The notes beneath the pieces were generated by a model that was not told where the DNA came from, searched no databases, and saw nothing but the letters and a program-made list of their open reading frames with translations. Position numbers and translations under genes: made by a program. Below, piece after piece: positions 43,301-53,213 of a DNA stretch of 64,000 nucleotides. The stretch covers positions 768,001 to 832,000 of the forward strand of contig CP000068.1 in assembly GCA_000002445.1 (NCBI GenBank), in the 5' to 3' direction. The stretch comes from Trypanosoma brucei. Its lineage: Eukaryota. Positions within the stretch are counted from its first letter, which is position 1, and each line of letters starts with the position of its first letter.

Positions 43301-44506
43301 AAGCGTATTAGTGAATCATCTGATATTCGTAGTATGAAGTCTGAGACTGGTGATCAGTTACTCTATCGCGATGTAGTGGACCTGATTGGCTGTGCCTGCA
43401 CGCTCTCGGATACCTCGACCACCTCAATGTTACCGATAGTGACAACTTTGATTCGACAGGCAAGGTTTCGGCTAAGTGGAATAGGCAATTGCATTTCCTT
43501 TGTGATGCATGCAAACTTTTTTGTTACATTTTTGAATGTAATACCCTTGATAATTGGTGGGCCGCTCCTGATACAGCCAGCAGCTGCGGTGTTTGAGCTC
43601 AATGTTATCATACCCATCCTAGCTCTCTCGTGCACCTACACTGCGTATGCGGACAAGGACCCAATGAAGAGCATTCAATCGAGGCATAATCATTTCGTCC
43701 GACTTAAAATATTGCGTCACAGTGCTGTCGTGTGGTGCCTGCGGTACATTCCCTCACTTGCCGCGTTGTTGGCTCTGGGCATAACGTGTGGTTTACAAAA
43801 GTGTGATAAGGGAAGTTTGCATGAGCTCGCGCTCTCTTCATCCGATAAATGTATGGCTGCAACGCGTGGTTACATTGGACTCACGTTGAATTATTGGCTG
43901 ATGTTTCACAGCTGGACGCACATGAGTCGTTACGACAGACTTTCACCCGCATTTCTATTTAAACCTCGTTACGGTGGACAATACATGTACTTATTCACAT
44001 CTGCTCGGTGGGTCGCTGCCAATGCGCTAACCGTATTCTTCAGTGTTGCGTTTGTTGTCGCGGAAACCTTCTGGGACGGCATACTTGAAGACGCCTTCTT
44101 TCCATCACGCACTCACTTCTACATCTCCGCCTTCTTCCCCGTGCTGTTGGTGTTATTGGATATACCAATAAAGTCGTGGAGGTTGAAGCGCGCAACTTTA
44201 ATGCAAAAGTTCCGTCAGTTGTCTTTCGGTACGCGGCTGGGGATGCATTCACCGCGAGGAGACTATGAACCGGAAGTTGGTTCGGCCACCGGTTGTAGCG
44301 GAGGAGCCAATGAGTGCGGAGGCGGGGTACAGGGAAGCACATCAGACGCCAACGTACGTAATGAACTACCGCTGCGGCGTAGGTTGCAGGATGCCTTTTA
44401 TCGCTTCACAACCATGCGCAGGGGAAAACTGGAACTTAACTGCGTATGTTGTGATCATATCGGGGGTAACTACGCCACGTATCACATTAACGCAAACGAC
44501 ATGTAA
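40307..44506 (+). CDS. Large (1399 aa) polytopic P-type-ATPase-like membrane protein with degenerate catalytic motifs (pseudo-ATPase)
   Basis: VETLGTTTVVALLDTTGVVTD aligns to the P-type ATPase phosphorylation loop ETLG...ICSDKTGTLT. The Asp is kept at 41579-81, but K becomes T and T becomes V. LGLVGLQDSIRPNVQNAMSVLDEAGIRCMYFCSDGERRTKSLGNRLGL aligns to the P-domain helix ...GIRVIMITGD...A.AIA...GI, with TGD replaced by SDG. AIGSTFNHSNVRSYIQADLSVGV sits where GDGVNDAPAL..ADIGIAMG would be, so the Mg-binding aspartates are lost. TM clusters lie on both sides, consistent with the M1-M4 and M5-M10 topology. Confidence 0.8.
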   Translation: MNRKGYKALPREYDEGFSEERVRHALNKDAPSKIYEEFIVQRLQEIMETAQSDSKKPATFGRAAAADVFLRQDAPITVTFAMLATSCAMHPTTDVVTFSVLFAALYTSCMALQVLLLWLRITEKRQSAISVMQKVLTRWKKRLVEGPPRDKLDRRTVFRLFSSFLPASAFRIVAVVDTTTGRLKRTLKCLVMKGALRLQRTTLKVSRHTEPIELFKLVDIVRMILKGEAVMLRSLPDMAPPPRHPNVTVDANINGTGVEGNDEDISTDESDDEYDTRCEANSVHALSVPQQMAFLVYRFVLLAWLLGIVACTFSGYIYHVLTDIPLSDGVFLNPAVALLGLLPVNAKLLNSILVMYANVNLECLFRHLVSKTTHAVDDRIPRLPFRATMQAFRRATSATCSRPPLCFSSSLVETLGTTTVVALLDTTGVVTDMVPLPTRLLMLKSYTAPETPSSTSSTTTSDSDNDEFNGAAAFTGLDHSNDPDPFLRAANFDPEYRLALKRQVRQKKTQKRRFLELQLAPGTDDDLAVQFADCKERQKWEKNVDSLSLCLLIHAMAPEPTKFETWQEPLRFCDQTPRWGPSIHWVPRASEFDDSLAKSFRIVARIFHINTVSWPGRSRECPEQTCTLLVVASDGLLHAFTVGTVCMVTHSCPFHFNGYEIEGFDEELREEVVNTGTVVWKDGRGLETVAASHAMLPDKFRSCAEALPREDGSYAEFLFYNGVQITAENCLAELKLSPSGEPSTNGCEGTNEGVPRECFLGVPTNTNGSTPATSEADVIGAINSNERDAINEGNSFCCSKGFTDIHGNSRLSFVPTSVELLGDLLHVLINGSHAFLGLVGLQDSIRPNVQNAMSVLDEAGIRCMYFCSDGERRTKSLGNRLGLETDWNCCISLDEGAKDLDAHSIRAQLPVGIKSIRRHIVHVDSIPLQVNMFSHAHSASTRAMLSILQDNHEVVSAIGSTFNHSNVRSYIQADLSVGVLPQRRGAVEDKEGLCLENQKRISESSDIRSMKSETGDQLLYRDVVDLIGCACTLSDTSTTSMLPIVTTLIRQARFRLSGIGNCISFVMHANFFVTFLNVIPLIIGGPLLIQPAAAVFELNVIIPILALSCTYTAYADKDPMKSIQSRHNHFVRLKILRHSAVVWCLRYIPSLAALLALGITCGLQKCDKGSLHELALSSSDKCMAATRGYIGLTLNYWLMFHSWTHMSRYDRLSPAFLFKPRYGGQYMYLFTSARWVAANALTVFFSVAFVVAETFWDGILEDAFFPSRTHFYISAFFPVLLVLLDIPIKSWRLKRATLMQKFRQLSFGTRLGMHSPRGDYEPEVGSATGCSGGANECGGGVQGSTSDANVRNELPLRRRLQDAFYRFTTMRRGKLELNCVCCDHIGGNYATYHINANDM

Positions 44507-45342
44507 TTGATCGATTCGGGAATGTTGTTGTTGTTATTATTCTATTCCTCTTCAAAGTTGACGTGGTTACTTAGTGGTTGGGAGCTATCGGAGCGGTACC
44601 TCCACGCGTAACTTTTGGTGACCGACCTCGTCCAGGGTGATGGGTATGCAAAAGTGAATGTGTTGAGCAGCAAACGCGGGAACAGTTGAGTTGCTTAGCG
44701 ACCGTGTAGTTGGGTAGCAAGTATAGAAAAAGAGAAGGAAATATCAGATGGTAGAGCCTCTACCACGGCTTCGTAACCTTCGGTTAATCAACTATCGAAC
44801 CTAACCGTACTGCCCCTGTGCCTTCGAATCACTCTCACGATCTCCGTTTATTTTGTAATGTCTTTATGGAGGTAGTGAGTAGTGATGGAACAGGTGTGGG
44901 AATCATTTAAACTTCTGATACTGCCAGGGTGGCACCCAATACCAACTACTGAGTTAACATCAGAATGCATGAAAGGCAAAGGAGATGGGGTGTCGTTGTA
45001 AAAAAAAAAAATGCATCTCAGGCAGCTTCACTTACTTTTGTTTTCTGCGTCCTTCCTCTGGTTTTGCCTCCCGTTACACTGAAAGGCAACGTTTAATAGT
45101 TTTTTGATGCACATCTGCTCCTTTATAATTTCTTCTTTTCCATAACAAGCACACAAATAAGATTCCGTCACACCCTGAAGCGGATATTCGTAAGTGAAGT
45201 TGGGTGCGTGACGAGACTACTTTTTACATCCACCACAATTTAGCTTTTATTTTTCCGAAACGGTAATAAGAAGTGCACAATCAAGCGAAGGCCGCTGGAG
45301 GTGAAACAAACTAGTGAGAGCTAGCTGTAGAGCGATACAACA

Positions 45343-48087
45343 ATGGTGCCATCCATCCCTCAACTACTGCTTGAGCTTCCGGTGGTTTGTGTTAGTGAAA
45401 ATCATTTACTGAATGGTCGCCTTACTTTGTCCGTTAAAGATGCAACCGCTACCGCGCAGTCATATTACGGTGCTGTGGAGAAGTACTTGCAAGGTAGGGA
45501 ACCCCATCTGGACTTGGAAAAAGATGTTGTCCCAGCCATTGACTTTGCCCTGCGTCTTTTTAACGCGGAGAACTTTAGTGGGGAGTTAGTGCCAGCGGAG
45601 CGGGAGCAGCTGTCTACCGTGCTGGATCGCTACGCCACCGTTGACACGCTGCACGAGCGCTATGTACAGCGTTTGTTAATGAGCGATGGTGAAATGCCTC
45701 ATCCCTGTGTGCGACTTAGTAGGATGTTGCTGGCTGTTCTCGCTACTGCGTGCAGTTCGGTGAAGCATGCCGGACAGTCACAGCCGCAACCGCTGCTGCC
45801 TTACACCTCCGTTTGGCGTCTGCGTTGTCACATGCGTCACCAGCTAATCATGCAGCACCGTGCCCACTCAATATTTCTTCACCTCTCGTCTTGCGTGGAT
45901 GCTGCCCTCGCACTGCCAGACGAATCACTTACGGCTGAACATCTGCTGGAAGTCGGCCACGTGCAGAACTATTACCATCAACGTGAACTAGCAGCGGAAG
46001 TGTTTTGGCGTGCGGCGAGGAAAAGCGGTTTATCAGTCAGCGAAGACACCATGGTTGGCGTGCGAACCCGGTGGCAACAACAGCGGATGGTGCAGATGGT
46101 CGTGAACGCCAGCAGCCAGGTTCCCTTTGCTGCTCCAATATCCGAAAGTGACGCAACTGGAGGTGATGTGCCCCTAGCTGTGATGAGCGAAAAAGATGGA
46201 CATGATTTACTGGATCGACCCCGCGAAGCGGCTGAGGCTCCGGTGGCCGAATTGCAAGCGCTGCAACCACTGGATAAGGCTATCATGCTCGCTTTGTGTA
46301 TAGATATACGGAACACTAATCCATATCATGGGCTGACGCAGCACCGCATGCAGACGTACGTAGAGCGGCTTCTGTCTGATCCAGTTCCCGCACCTTTCAT
46401 CATACAGTGCCAAACACTGTTGCTGCGAGCTCGCCTAGAGCGAGGTCGGAACCGAGTTCAGGAGCGTGCCTTCATGCAGATGACTGAGCTAGTGGACCAA
46501 CATTCGGCCGGTCGTGATCCCAACCGCGCGACGTTTCACAGAACAGATAGCGACTACTTTTACAGTGTTGCCTATCCGTCAATTTGGCAATTGCGAAGTG
46601 AGTATGCTGACTTCTGCTTCGATGAGAGCCTTGTGAAAACGGCACTCGACGCTTATGAGCAGGTGCAAGACTGGGAGAACATCATAAAATGTTGTAAAGT
46701 TCTTGACAAGAGGAGGAGGGCAGAATCCCTAGCGCGAGACCTGTTGGAGTCTGACCCCTGCAACCCACTTTTGTGGGTGGCATTGGGGGAAGCCACGAGG
46801 GAAGCCGAGCACCTTACGAAGGCATGGGAATTGTCTGACCATCGATCTGCGGCACCCATGCGAGCTCTGGCGCGGTTGGCACTCGAGCGTGAAGAATATG
46901 AGCGGGTTGTGGAATGTTTCGATGAGGCAGTGCGTCTCAATCCAGTGTTTGGTGGAGACTGGTTTGCCTTAGGCTATGCTGCAATGCAATTAAAGCGATG
47001 GGAACGCAGTGGTGAAGCCTTCACTCGCGTCTGTCAGATTCAACCCAACGATGCGTACGCGTGGAATAACCTAGCATCAGTACTGCTTCGCACAGGGAAG
47101 CTTCGTCCCGCATTTAATGCGATGAACCAGGCACTGCGCAACAACCGGAGAGACTGGCGGATGTGGCAAAACTACTTCGCGATTGGGTGTGAATTGAAGG
47201 AGGTAACTGAGACAACAAATGCTCTCAACGTGTTGCTGGACATTGCCCAACGTAACGTTCATCTAGAGCGCGGTTCGCTGAACCGCTTTGTGGAGAATGC
47301 CATTGCGTATATGGAAGGACGGATACCCGCAAGTTGCAAAGATCAACAGATGACAGAAGAAGATCAAGAACAGGCGGTGGAGCAGGAAGCAGAAAATAGA
47401 GACGAAGGTGGGAGGATGCACCGAGCGGCTGTCACTAACACCTCGGCTACCCGCATGGGTGTGGAAGATGACAGCATCGCCACCAATGGAAATCATGTTA
47501 ATCCTTCTGATGAAGATGCGATGTGTGATATTGTGCCATTGTGTGCGGATATTGATTTACCAGACATGTGTTCTCCATCTACTAATGCGGCAGCTGCGGA
47601 GGAAGCTGAGCGCGTGCGTGAAGGTGTAATTAGCCGATATAAGTTCCGTTTGCGTGAGACATTTAAACGGATCATCGACCTATTTGTGACGGATCCGGAC
47701 ATATACGCCTGTGCGGCGAAGCTTCTACGATACATGGATGGACCGCTAACTGCTTACGAAATGCGGCAGAAGGAACTTCGGTGTTGTCAGCAAAAGGACC
47801 AATGGGAGCGCGACACTGCACGATTTGCACGGACATGTGAATGTCTTAATGATATGTCTAGGGATTTGTTGGATGCGGTTGATTATTGTGGGGATAGTGT
47901 GGATAATTTGAAGAAGAACAATATTGTAACGGTTTTAAGTGACACGGTGAATAACGTTATAGCCGCCCTTGAAGCGTCAGAGGAGTACATGGAAGAAACG
48001 GCAGAATACAAGCAACTGCGCGGCGAGCTTCTCCCACGTATGCGAAAAGCTCTTAAGGAGACCAAAACTCGCATTATGGCCGACTGA
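45343..48087 (+). CDS. TPR-repeat protein, TTC27-like
   Basis: C-terminal TPR units: NPVFGGDWFALGYAAMQLKRWERSGEAFTRVCQIQPNDAYAWNNLASVLLRTGKLRPAFNAMNQALRNNRRDWRMWQNYFAIG. The W..W.NY ending resembles the TTC27 C-terminus as I recall it. An acidic stretch lies in the C-terminal third. The orthology is inference. Confidence 0.6.
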   Translation: MVPSIPQLLLELPVVCVSENHLLNGRLTLSVKDATATAQSYYGAVEKYLQGREPHLDLEKDVVPAIDFALRLFNAENFSGELVPAEREQLSTVLDRYATVDTLHERYVQRLLMSDGEMPHPCVRLSRMLLAVLATACSSVKHAGQSQPQPLLPYTSVWRLRCHMRHQLIMQHRAHSIFLHLSSCVDAALALPDESLTAEHLLEVGHVQNYYHQRELAAEVFWRAARKSGLSVSEDTMVGVRTRWQQQRMVQMVVNASSQVPFAAPISESDATGGDVPLAVMSEKDGHDLLDRPREAAEAPVAELQALQPLDKAIMLALCIDIRNTNPYHGLTQHRMQTYVERLLSDPVPAPFIIQCQTLLLRARLERGRNRVQERAFMQMTELVDQHSAGRDPNRATFHRTDSDYFYSVAYPSIWQLRSEYADFCFDESLVKTALDAYEQVQDWENIIKCCKVLDKRRRAESLARDLLESDPCNPLLWVALGEATREAEHLTKAWELSDHRSAAPMRALARLALEREEYERVVECFDEAVRLNPVFGGDWFALGYAAMQLKRWERSGEAFTRVCQIQPNDAYAWNNLASVLLRTGKLRPAFNAMNQALRNNRRDWRMWQNYFAIGCELKEVTETTNALNVLLDIAQRNVHLERGSLNRFVENAIAYMEGRIPASCKDQQMTEEDQEQAVEQEAENRDEGGRMHRAAVTNTSATRMGVEDDSIATNGNHVNPSDEDAMCDIVPLCADIDLPDMCSPSTNAAAAEEAERVREGVISRYKFRLRETFKRIIDLFVTDPDIYACAAKLLRYMDGPLTAYEMRQKELRCCQQKDQWERDTARFARTCECLNDMSRDLLDAVDYCGDSVDNLKKNNIVTVLSDTVNNVIAALEASEEYMEETAEYKQLRGELLPRMRKALKETKTRIMAD

Positions 48088-49140
48088 CACTGTTATGCCT
48101 ATATATTTCCGTTTTTGGGACTTGGTTCGCGGGAATTATAGTATCTGGACTGTGTTGCGAAATAAATGCACGATCTTTGTCTGGATGTGGGAGCAGTCAA
48201 CAGTCACAATAAGATAATTAAACTCAGTGACTAACGCGTTTAAAGTGTTATAACTGTCTGTAACTGTATTCAGCCACGCCGTCCACCACAGGAGAACGGA
48301 TGTATACTTGAAGTGACAGCCTGAAGTTGTAATTTCAATTTATTTTCTTCTTTTCCCTTTTCCCTTTTCTTTTTTTGAAAATTTAGGAGCTGCTCTCAAA
48401 CACCTTCTATCGCAGACATACATCACGTTGGTTGAAACGAATGTTTCCACATAGATAGGCATGCGAACATCAGGGAGTTAGCGATAATAATGGACATTTT
48501 TCGTAACTTCAGCTACTAAGGAATTTTGAGCCCTGAAAGTAACTGAACCCTGCTGTTGGTTGTGATGTTTGGAAGGCACTTACCCAAATAAGTGAACAGT
48601 GGCGGTTGTGTGCCCTGTGATGTTAAACTCACTGTTACCTATAAGAAGCTTACATCAGGGCTAAAGTTTTCAGCATGTATGTATCCAATATGGCGTCTAT
48701 TAGTTGCTACCTGTTATACTCAGTTTATGTGGTGCGTCACGGTTTACCCTGGGGCTTCATTCTTTCCTATAGCCACTGTGACGGAATGTTTGACAGGTTT
48801 CTTTTTTTTTTTCTAAAAAAAAAATAACAGTGCCCCTTAATAGCTTTTTCGTTATATATTGTCTATTATTCTAAGCTTTGACGGAGCTGTGCATTAGTTA
48901 TGGAGAGTACAACTTCGTTACAATCGTGGAAACGTGTTTACTCACATACGGCCGTGGTCACACCCCTCACTCATTTCACTGAAAATACAAAATTTCATTT
49001 AAATTGGAAGGGGGAAAGACATGCAAAAAATTTTCTTTTTGGTGAAGAACCATGATATCATCCATTCGCTTATCTTTTAATTGGTAAAGAAACTAAATGT
49101 ACCAAAACTGATGTTACCGGCGTTCCAACCTCGTTTCGGC

Positions 49141-49186
49141 CCTTCCCTTTCCTTTCTTTCCTATTTTTTTTTTTCACTCTTATCAG
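49141..49186 (+). promoter_or_regulatory. Polypyrimidine tract plus AG upstream of NAT10
   Basis: ccttccctttcctttctttcctatttttttttttcactcttatcag. Confidence 0.4.
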
Positions 49187-49465
49187 CACCCCGTTGAAAC
49201 TGCACAACCGTAGAAGTGAGCGAAAAGCGGCGGCTTCGGTTAAGCAGCGAGAGGAGGGAAGGGAAGTTAAAGCAGTGCGTCAGCTAGAATATAGGTGAAA
49301 AAATTTAGGAACGTTTACATCAGGGAAAATTGTACGCAAACGAAAAAAAAAAGTAGCAACAGCAGCAACTGTTATTTTTACGCCAAGCAAAGTTAAAAAG
49401 TTAATATCTATCTGCCACGGAATTATTGATCTGGAAAAAAAAAAACCCTTTAACAACCAGAATTT

Positions 49466-52400
49466 ATGCCACCGCCCACATCTGTTGCCTCAACGGCACG
49501 CTCCAGCAGTGGTGCAACTATCAAACGAAAGGTGGATGACCGCATCCGCAAGGTTATTGAGAATGCCGTACACAAGCGGCATCGCGCACTTCTACTGCTT
49601 GTGGGTGACCGCGGAAAAGATCAAATTGTTAATCTTCACCAGATGGTTTCACACGCCAACCACAACGCAAAGGTGAATGTGTTATGGTGCATGAAGAAAG
49701 AACCGGACTTCGGATCAACAAGCCTTAAACAACAAGAGAAGAAGGCGCGACTTGAGGTGAAGGGTGGAATGTCTACCGATGCAACGAAAGAAGCCTTTCA
49801 GACATTTCTTTCGCAAACCATTATAAGGTTTTGTCAATACAAGGAAACACATAAAATACTTGGGCAAACGTTTGGTATGGCGGTGCTACAAGACTTCGAG
49901 GCTATGACACCCAACACATTGGCGCGAACTATTGAGACCGTGAAGGGAGGTGGCATTATTGTAATAATGTTTCGCGCAATGAAGTCACTGAAGCAGTTAT
50001 ACACCATTGCTATGGATGTCCACTCTCGGTATCGCACAGAGGCTCTTCAAGATGTGGTCCCGCGCTTCAACGAGCGATTCCTTCTTTCTCTAGTTGATTG
50101 CGACACATCACTTTGTGTGGATGATGATCTTAACGTGCTTCCAATCACCGCCAAAATGTGTGCCGTAGAGAGTGCACGAACAACGTCGTATGATGAAACA
50201 TTAGTTCTACAAGGGCGACAAAAGCACGAAGCGGACTTGGCTGCACTAAAGGAACGCCTACGGGCCAGTAATGAAGTGGGGCCACTCATTAGCCTATGCC
50301 AAACACTCGACCAAGGCAAGACCATTCTTTCACTTATGCAGACGGTTGTGGAGAAGTCGCTAAATACAACATGTGTTGTTACTGCTGGTAGGGGTCGTGG
50401 TAAATCTGCAGCACTTGGACTTGCGACTGCTGGCGCTGTGGCACAGGGGTACAGTAATATCTTCTGCACAGCACCATCGCCAGAAAATTTACAAACATTT
50501 TTCGAGTTCGTTGTGCGTGGGTTGCAGGAGCTTGGGTATAAGGAACGCACAGACTTTGAAGCCATGCAAAGCACGAACGTCGAGTTCAGCAAATGCATTA
50601 TACGTATTAACGTTTTCCGCGAGCACAGACAAACTGTTCAATACATTTCTCCGAACGACGCATCAAAGTTTGCACAGGCGGAGTTGGCGATTATTGACGA
50701 AGCTGCAGCCTTGCCGTTGCCGATTGTTAAACAAATGCTCGGCCCGTACTTAGTGTTTCTTTCTTCGACCATCTCCGGTTACGAGGGCACAGGCCGGAGC
50801 CTCTCCATGAAACTTGTTGCAGACATGCGAAAGCACAGTGGAAGCACTAATGCCTCAGTGGCAGGTGACGACCGCCGGCTTCTTCGCGAGTTATCCATGT
50901 CAGATCCTATTCGTTATGGTCCCAATGACCCTGTGGAGTTCTGGTTGAACAAACTGCTGTGCCTTGACGCCACCGTCCGACCGATCGCCGTGAAATCCTC
51001 TCCACACCCAAATTCTTGTGAGTTGTACTACGTGAACCGTGACGCACTCTTTTCTTATCACCCTTTGGCCGAACAGCTGCTGCAGGCAATTGTGGCCATG
51101 TTAGTTGCCGCCCACTACAAAAATCAACCCAATGACCTGCAGCTCATGTCCGATGCACCCGGTCATCACCTCTTCATACTATGTCCCTCTACTGTGGATG
51201 CAAAGAGCGGCATTCCAGACGTATTTTGTGTAATTCATGCATGCGAGGAGGGACACGTTTCGTCCGAAGCAATCAAAAGTAACCTCAGCCGGGGGTTGCG
51301 CCCTTCTGGGGACCTAATTCCCTACACCCTATCGCAGTATTATCTCGAAGAGGGATTTGCAAAACTTGCAGGTCTACGAATTGTTCGTATTGCCACAAAC
51401 CCGGAGTTGCAACGCGCCGGATACGGCTCGCGCGCTCTCGAGCTACTGCAGCAGTACTACACGGGCTCTGTGTCGTTACGTCCTGCCGCGTCTGCTGCTG
51501 CTACAGAAAACAATACGGAATTAAAAGCAGTGGACGATGCCGATGAAGTGAGTAGCACCATCTCACATACCATCAAACCGCGCAAACGCATACCCAGCCT
51601 TTTAGTGCCTCTCATTGAGAGACCTTATGAAGAGATTGACTACCTTGGCGTGAGTTTTGGTGTGACAACGCCTCTGTTTAACTTCTGGAAGCGGGGAGGG
51701 TTCGAGCCACTGTACCTACGTCACGCGGCGAATGAGTTAACTGGAGAGCATAGTTGCGTTATGGTTCGCTCGTTTGGATTTGACCTCGGGCTACTCCGTG
51801 CTGAGTTCCGTCGTCGATTTATTCCCCTTTTAGCGATGCCATTTCGCCAACTTCCAACAGAATTGGCACTGAGTATATTAAAGGATGTTGATGTTAATGA
51901 CCCACAAAAATTAGCAGCTGCCACTGACCTCTCTCATGTGGCGGAGCATAATGTCCGCGTGGCAGGCCAGCCTCAGTGTACATGGAAGGAACTGCAGGAA
52001 ATATTCAGCATCAGCGATTTGAAGAGGTTAAAGCTAAATGCCACTACATTTGTCGAGGGTGGCCACGTTTTGGACCTCGTTCCTGCTTTAGCGAAATTGT
52101 ATTTTGAGTCGCGTTTATTTCACCTTCCCGATGGGGCAGAGGGTGTCGTACTCTCCCACGCGCAGGCTGCAGTACTTTTAGGCGTTGGGCTTCAGTGCCA
52201 AACTATTGAGGAAGTTGGTCAGCAGGCGGTATTTTCTGGCGTACCAACACAGCAGCTGCGTGCCTTTCTACAGAAGGCAATTTCTCGTATAGTAGACCAT
52301 TTCACGCGCCTGCAGAAGCTGAAATTGACTGGATCAAAAGAAGAAGAGACTGTGAAAAGGAATGGGGGGAATGACGATGCGGATGAAAACACCCATGAGA

Positions 52401-52585
52401 TTTACGATAAGGAGGGACGTGTAGTTGGGTTATCCGTGGAAAAGAGAGTCCGGAGTGTAATTAATGTAGATTCGACTTTGCTGCGCGACGCGAAGTCGGC
52501 AACAGTCGGAGCAAGAAATGATGCAGGAGGAACAACAGGATTGCAGCGGGCGTTCAAGCGGTCAAAGAAAACTCGTCGCGGCTGA
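49466..52585 (+). CDS. NAT10: RNA cytidine acetyltransferase NAT10/Kre33 (helicase-like ATPase domain plus GNAT acetyltransferase domain)
   Basis: The N-terminus RIRKVIENAVHKRHRALLLLVGDRGKDQIVNLHQMVS is the conserved NAT10 start. The Walker A is TAGRGRGKSAALGLA. The GNAT acetyl-CoA motif is RIATNPELQRAGYGSRALELL. The length of 1039 aa is typical. Confidence 0.9.
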   Translation: MPPPTSVASTARSSSGATIKRKVDDRIRKVIENAVHKRHRALLLLVGDRGKDQIVNLHQMVSHANHNAKVNVLWCMKKEPDFGSTSLKQQEKKARLEVKGGMSTDATKEAFQTFLSQTIIRFCQYKETHKILGQTFGMAVLQDFEAMTPNTLARTIETVKGGGIIVIMFRAMKSLKQLYTIAMDVHSRYRTEALQDVVPRFNERFLLSLVDCDTSLCVDDDLNVLPITAKMCAVESARTTSYDETLVLQGRQKHEADLAALKERLRASNEVGPLISLCQTLDQGKTILSLMQTVVEKSLNTTCVVTAGRGRGKSAALGLATAGAVAQGYSNIFCTAPSPENLQTFFEFVVRGLQELGYKERTDFEAMQSTNVEFSKCIIRINVFREHRQTVQYISPNDASKFAQAELAIIDEAAALPLPIVKQMLGPYLVFLSSTISGYEGTGRSLSMKLVADMRKHSGSTNASVAGDDRRLLRELSMSDPIRYGPNDPVEFWLNKLLCLDATVRPIAVKSSPHPNSCELYYVNRDALFSYHPLAEQLLQAIVAMLVAAHYKNQPNDLQLMSDAPGHHLFILCPSTVDAKSGIPDVFCVIHACEEGHVSSEAIKSNLSRGLRPSGDLIPYTLSQYYLEEGFAKLAGLRIVRIATNPELQRAGYGSRALELLQQYYTGSVSLRPAASAAATENNTELKAVDDADEVSSTISHTIKPRKRIPSLLVPLIERPYEEIDYLGVSFGVTTPLFNFWKRGGFEPLYLRHAANELTGEHSCVMVRSFGFDLGLLRAEFRRRFIPLLAMPFRQLPTELALSILKDVDVNDPQKLAAATDLSHVAEHNVRVAGQPQCTWKELQEIFSISDLKRLKLNATTFVEGGHVLDLVPALAKLYFESRLFHLPDGAEGVVLSHAQAAVLLGVGLQCQTIEEVGQQAVFSGVPTQQLRAFLQKAISRIVDHFTRLQKLKLTGSKEEETVKRNGGNDDADENTHEIYDKEGRVVGLSVEKRVRSVINVDSTLLRDAKSATVGARNDAGGTTGLQRAFKRSKKTRRG

Positions 52586-53213
52586 AATCGAAGGGCTAAC
52601 AGTTATTCACGTGTTTGTAAGGAGGGTGAGCCTTGTGTACTAATGAGAAGAAAGCAGTGAAAATAAACGGGAAGAAATGAGAGTTAAGCCAAAAGTAACG
52701 CAACGCAATTTTTAGCGTCTATGCCATCCGAAATGAGCACCGATGCTCAAAGAAAAAAATAACGAAAAGGGGTATTCATTCACCTTTGGTACGTTTTGTA
52801 TGTGCATATCCGTGGCTGATTAAAAGATAATCGGGTAAACTAACTGTTAAACTGGGTTCTCTCTGTGGTGAACTCCACATGACCTCTCGATATGATAAGA
52901 TTTTTTTTAAAAAAAAGGGGACGCATCGTGTTGCTTTCCCCTTCTCTCCTGTTCCTAGTAAGATGTCATTACCGTCACTTATTTCCTCCGTCTTACTCCT
53001 GTCTCCATTTTTTTTTAAAGGAAAGTTGGTGACAACCAAGCACTCGTTGTGGCAAAAAAAAAAAAAGAACAGACCCCCAATACTGTTTTTTTTTCTTTTT
53101 CACCTTATATTTACTTTCATAAATACTAGCGTGCATACACATCATAGAGATATTCATTGGTGTTTGTACCTCTTTGCAGACACTTTGACGTCCTGTTACG
53201 TTTGTTGGTTATT

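Noticed and set aside
44560-44830. tRNA-like sequence search across the window (TTCGAATC at about 44825; GGTTCAAAT at about 365)
   Set aside because: Neither has the GGTTCGAATCC T-loop context or an acceptor-stem partner. The second lies inside the kinesin CDS. No tRNA gene can be supported.
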